In this document: piece after piece, positions 60,907-64,000 of the stretch
Layout: each line of letters opens with the position of its first letter
Position numbering within the stretch: position 1 is the stretch's first letter
Source of the DNA: Clostridia bacterium
GTDB lineage: Bacteria; Bacillota; Clostridia; TANB77; CAG-508
DNA length: 64,000 bases
Assembly (NCBI GenBank): GCA_017936925.1
Contig: JAGBEP010000010.1
Span: 15,105-79,104 of the forward strand
Reading direction: 5' to 3'
Notes under the pieces: model-generated
What the model was told of the DNA's origin: nothing
Seen by the model: the letters and a program-made list of their open reading frames with translations, nothing else
The model's database searches: none
Translations under genes and position numbers: made by a program

Positions 60907-61626
60907 ATGTTTTTTGAGAGTAATTTTAAAACAGGATTAAAAGATATTGGAAAGAATAATTTAATTAAAAATGAGACGATTTTAGAAATATTAGAAAATG
61001 TTGGAGGTGAACATTCAAATTTAGTAGGATATGGAGCTTTAACTATAGAAGAAACAAGAAAAAGTTGGATTTTATTAGATTGGAAAGTTAAAGTTATAAA
61101 GAGACCGATTTATGCTGAAGAGCTAAAAGTAAAAACATGGGGCAGATCTTGTCAGAGAGCTTATACGTATAGAGATTTCGAAATTTATAATTCAAAAGGA
61201 GAGTTAGCAGTAATAGCTACTTCAAAGTGGGCGATGATAGATATTGATAAAAAAGGAATTATTAGAATTACAGATGATATTATAGAACGTTATAAATTAG
61301 AGGATAAAAGAGTTTTTGAAGAAGAAACACTATTTAAGCCGACTATTCCTGAAAAATTTACAAATGAGATTTTATATACGATTGGTAGAAAAGATATTGA
61401 TTTAAATAACCATATGCATAATACGTATTATTTGAATTTGGCTTATGAAGCTTTGCCGGAAGATGTTTATAATGACAGACCATATGATGAGGTTAGAATT
61501 ATGTATAAACATGAAATTAAATTAGGCGATACTGTTGTTTGTAAATATGCTAAAATAAATAATAAACACGTTGTTGTAATTATGAATGGAGATAATATAA
61601 ATTCTGTTATTGAGTTATCGAAATAA
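60907..61626 (+). CDS. acyl-ACP thioesterase
   Basis: Double hot-dog fold of PF01643 type, with the conserved N.H.NN.Y region (DLNNHMHNTYY). Confidence 0.75.
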   Translation: MFFESNFKTGLKDIGKNNLIKNETILEILENVGGEHSNLVGYGALTIEETRKSWILLDWKVKVIKRPIYAEELKVKTWGRSCQRAYTYRDFEIYNSKGELAVIATSKWAMIDIDKKGIIRITDDIIERYKLEDKRVFEEETLFKPTIPEKFTNEILYTIGRKDIDLNNHMHNTYYLNLAYEALPEDVYNDRPYDEVRIMYKHEIKLGDTVVCKYAKINNKHVVVIMNGDNINSVIELSK

Positions 61627-61680
61627 TATTAATGTATAAATTGGGTAACTTGATAATATATTTTTACAAAGGAGAAGAGT

Positions 61681-62361
61681 ATGAAAACTAAAAATACTAC
61701 AATTATTGTATTATTAATATTTATTTTGTTAGTAGCTTTTATTTGTTTAGCTATTTCTAAAAAGATTAGTGATAATATTAATTCAGAAGACGAAGAAAAG
61801 AATGTTCTTATTACTGCTGAAAATGAATATGAGCAAAACTATGATAATAGAATAGATGAGATATTAGCAGATGATGTTGAAATAGAGAAAAAATGGCTAA
61901 TAGATCCTGAAAATATCCCATATGATTTTTCAAATGCAGAAATATTTGAAATTGAACAGACATATATTTGTTTTGAACCTGAGATGAGAGTAAGAAGAAT
62001 TAATAATGGAAAGCAATATTCATTTGCAATAAAGAGAAATACAACATCAGATGGAATGATTAGAGATGAATATGAAACTAGTATAACTAAAACAGAATAT
62101 GAAAATTTATTAGATAAAAAAGAAGATGCAACTATTACAATTCACAAAACGAGGTATCAATTATTAGATGATGATGGCGAACTAGTTGCTATTGATATTT
62201 TCCATGATGAATTGAATGGACTAGCTTATATGGAAATAGAGTTTGCTAATGAGGAAGAAGCAAATAATTATGAAACTCCAGATTGGGTTATTAAAGATGT
62301 TACTGATGATAAATATTATAAAAATGGATATTTAGCAAGATATGGAATTCCTGAAGAATAA
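61681..62361 (+). CDS. membrane-anchored CYTH-domain protein (triphosphate tunnel metalloenzyme family)
   Basis: N-terminal TM. The EKKWLI motif opens the CYTH fold, with acidic residues in ...IDIFHDELNGLAYMEIEF. Confidence 0.65.
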   Translation: MKTKNTTIIVLLIFILLVAFICLAISKKISDNINSEDEEKNVLITAENEYEQNYDNRIDEILADDVEIEKKWLIDPENIPYDFSNAEIFEIEQTYICFEPEMRVRRINNGKQYSFAIKRNTTSDGMIRDEYETSITKTEYENLLDKKEDATITIHKTRYQLLDDDGELVAIDIFHDELNGLAYMEIEFANEEEANNYETPDWVIKDVTDDKYYKNGYLARYGIPEE

Positions 62362-62382
62362 AACAGAGAGCTGATAAAAAAT

Positions 62383-62420
62383 GCTTTGCTCCCCGCGAAA
62401 TCTCGCGGGAAGCTTTTTTT
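62383..62420 (+). terminator. strong GC-rich rho-independent terminator
   Basis: GCTTTGCTCCCCGCGA-AATC-TCGCGGGAAGC followed by TTTTTTT. Confidence 0.8.
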
Positions 62421-62511
62421 ATTATTCGAATTTTGACTGACCCGCCAGTCTAATGATTTGTAAAGAAAAAAATGATATAAATTTAATATACATTGTGGGA
62501 GAATTTAGAAA

Positions 62512-64000
62512 ATGAACGAAAAATTATATGAATATATTGATATAAATGACTTAAAAGATATGCTTGATAAGTCAGGTAAATTGTATGGTAATAATATTGC
62601 CTATAAAATAAGAATAGAAAATGGAAAGTATAAAGAGATTACACATAAAGAAGTAAGAGAAATGATAAATGGTCTTGGAACATCTCTTTTGAATATGGGC
62701 CTTAAAGATAAGAGAATAGCTGTTATTGGTGAAAATAGATATGAGTGGGAAATTGCTTATTTAGCGATTACTTGTGGAGTAGGAACAGTAGTGCCATTAG
62801 ATAAATCTTTACCAGAAAATGAATTAAGAAGTTTGCTTGAAAGATCTGGCGTTGAAGCTATTTTTTATTCTAAAAAGTATGAAGAATCTTTAGTGAAAAT
62901 GAAACTAGAAGGAGTTGGAAAATTAAAAAATCTTATTTCAATGGATAGAGATATACATTCAGATGGGATTTATTCAGAAAAAGAACTTATCCAATATGGT
63001 AGAAACCTAGTTAAAGATGGTAATAATGAATTTTTGAATGCTAAGATAGATAATGAAAAAATGCTTATAATGCTATTTACTTCAGGGACTACTTCTCAAT
63101 CTAAGATAGTTGCTTTATCACATAAAAATATATGTTCTAATTTGATGGATATTGCTTCAATTTTAGATGTTAATGAGCATGATGTGTTTTTATCTTTTCT
63201 TCCAATTCATCATGTTTTTGAATGTACAGTTGGATTTTTATTTTCTTTATATAAAGGTGCGCAAACAGTTTTTTGTGATGGAATAAGACATATTATTGAA
63301 AATATGAACGAATATAAAGTTTCAATTATGGCTTCGGTCCCAGCAATATATGAAAGAATATTTAAAATTATTGCTAAACAACTAGAAAATAAAGGTAAAA
63401 GACAAGAGATAATTAGATTAGAAGAAGTTTATAAAAATGAATCTATGGATAAGAAAAAAGAAGTCTTTAAAGATATTCATGATATGCTTGGAGGAAATGT
63501 AAAATTATTAATTTCTGGTGCAGCAGCATTAGAGAAAAGTATTGAAGATAAGTATAGAAAACTTGGACTTAATTTGGTTCAAGGATATGGCTTGACTGAA
63601 ACATCTCCTGTTGTCGCAATTTGTACAAAAGAAAATTATAAGCTAGGTTCAATAGGAAAATCAGTTCCAAGTGTTGAGGTTAAATTAGTAGATGTTGATA
63701 AAGATGGAATGGGAGAGCTAGTTTGTAAAGGTCCAAGTGTAATGCTCGAGTATTATGAAAATGAACAAGCAACAAAAGATGCTTTGCTAGATGGATGGTT
63801 TCATACAGGTGATTTAGCTAAGATTGATGATGAAGGATACATTTTTATTTGTGGTAGAAAGAAAAGTGTTATTGTTTTAAAAAATGGTAAAAATATTTTT
63901 CCTGAAGAAATGGAAAATTTGTTGAATCGAATAGAAGGAATTGAGGAATCTTTTATTTACGGAAAGCCTATTTCAGATGATACTAATGATATTAAAATTT
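62512..64000 (+). CDS. long-chain-fatty-acid--CoA ligase (AMP-dependent synthetase); 3' end beyond the window
   Basis: AMP-binding motif LFTSGTTSQSK, then YGLTE and GWFHTGD. GGGAGA RBS. Open to nt 64000. Not in the ORF track. Confidence 0.8.
   Translation, partial: MNEKLYEYIDINDLKDMLDKSGKLYGNNIAYKIRIENGKYKEITHKEVREMINGLGTSLLNMGLKDKRIAVIGENRYEWEIAYLAITCGVGTVVPLDKSLPENELRSLLERSGVEAIFYSKKYEESLVKMKLEGVGKLKNLISMDRDIHSDGIYSEKELIQYGRNLVKDGNNEFLNAKIDNEKMLIMLFTSGTTSQSKIVALSHKNICSNLMDIASILDVNEHDVFLSFLPIHHVFECTVGFLFSLYKGAQTVFCDGIRHIIENMNEYKVSIMASVPAIYERIFKIIAKQLENKGKRQEIIRLEEVYKNESMDKKKEVFKDIHDMLGGNVKLLISGAAALEKSIEDKYRKLGLNLVQGYGLTETSPVVAICTKENYKLGSIGKSVPSVEVKLVDVDKDGMGELVCKGPSVMLEYYENEQATKDALLDGWFHTGDLAKIDDEGYIFICGRKKSVIVLKNGKNIFPEEMENLLNRIEGIEESFIYGKPISDDTNDIKI

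Noticed and set aside
62420-62450. tRNA-like TTCGAAT motif
   Set aside because: No acceptor stem or anticodon arm can be folded around it, and the context is an AT-rich spacer.
1-64000. CRISPR arrays, IS elements, integrases or prophage genes
   Set aside because: No regularly spaced direct repeats. No transposase or integrase-like ORF. Repeats found are confined to coding-sequence duplications (mnmA; the 18954 protein).

Overview
This is an AT-rich (roughly 27-30% GC) chromosomal segment from a spore-forming, low-GC Firmicute, probably Clostridia-like, given cotJABC, spoIIP and CotF-like genes. Most of it is housekeeping. It contains rny, a TetR-regulated heterodimeric ABC exporter, murI, lemA, clpB, recJ, relA, hisS, pgi, an Rrf2-sufCBDSU-mnmA cluster, an ABC-F ATPase, an acyl-ACP thioesterase and an acyl-CoA ligase. 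No rRNA, tRNA, CRISPR, transposase or integrase was recognised. The points worth a second look are as follows. (1) An uncharacterised three-gene operon at 22711-24111 (53-aa protein, Gly/Ala/Lys-rich 140-aa protein, 262-aa coiled-coil protein) sits immediately upstream of a monofunctional peptidoglycan glycosyltransferase gene. (2) A single 184-aa gene at 37680-38234 has about 42% GC and GC-rich codons and is wedged between two native genes, so it is a candidate horizontally acquired cassette of unknown function. (3) A dispersed paralogous family of small acidic N-terminally membrane-anchored proteins has at least 3 clear and 2 probable copies. (4) Several domain fusions or novel domains occur: inorganic pyrophosphatase-like plus VOC/glyoxalase, MATE plus a cytidylate-kinase-like P-loop domain, PP2C with an unknown 210-aa N-domain, and a Fic protein with a small upstream partner. 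(5) Five or more genes look disrupted: relA, cotJC, the PPase-VOC gene and a GT-C glycosyltransferase by frameshifts, and the MATE gene by an in-frame TGA. Because essential relA is affected, assembly indel errors are as likely as real pseudogenes. (6) A 90-bp in-frame insertion flanked by a 30-bp direct repeat disrupts the mnmA PP-loop. (7) Several perfect palindromic operators sit within or beside sigma-A-like promoters. All functional calls come from motif recognition by eye; no database search was possible.
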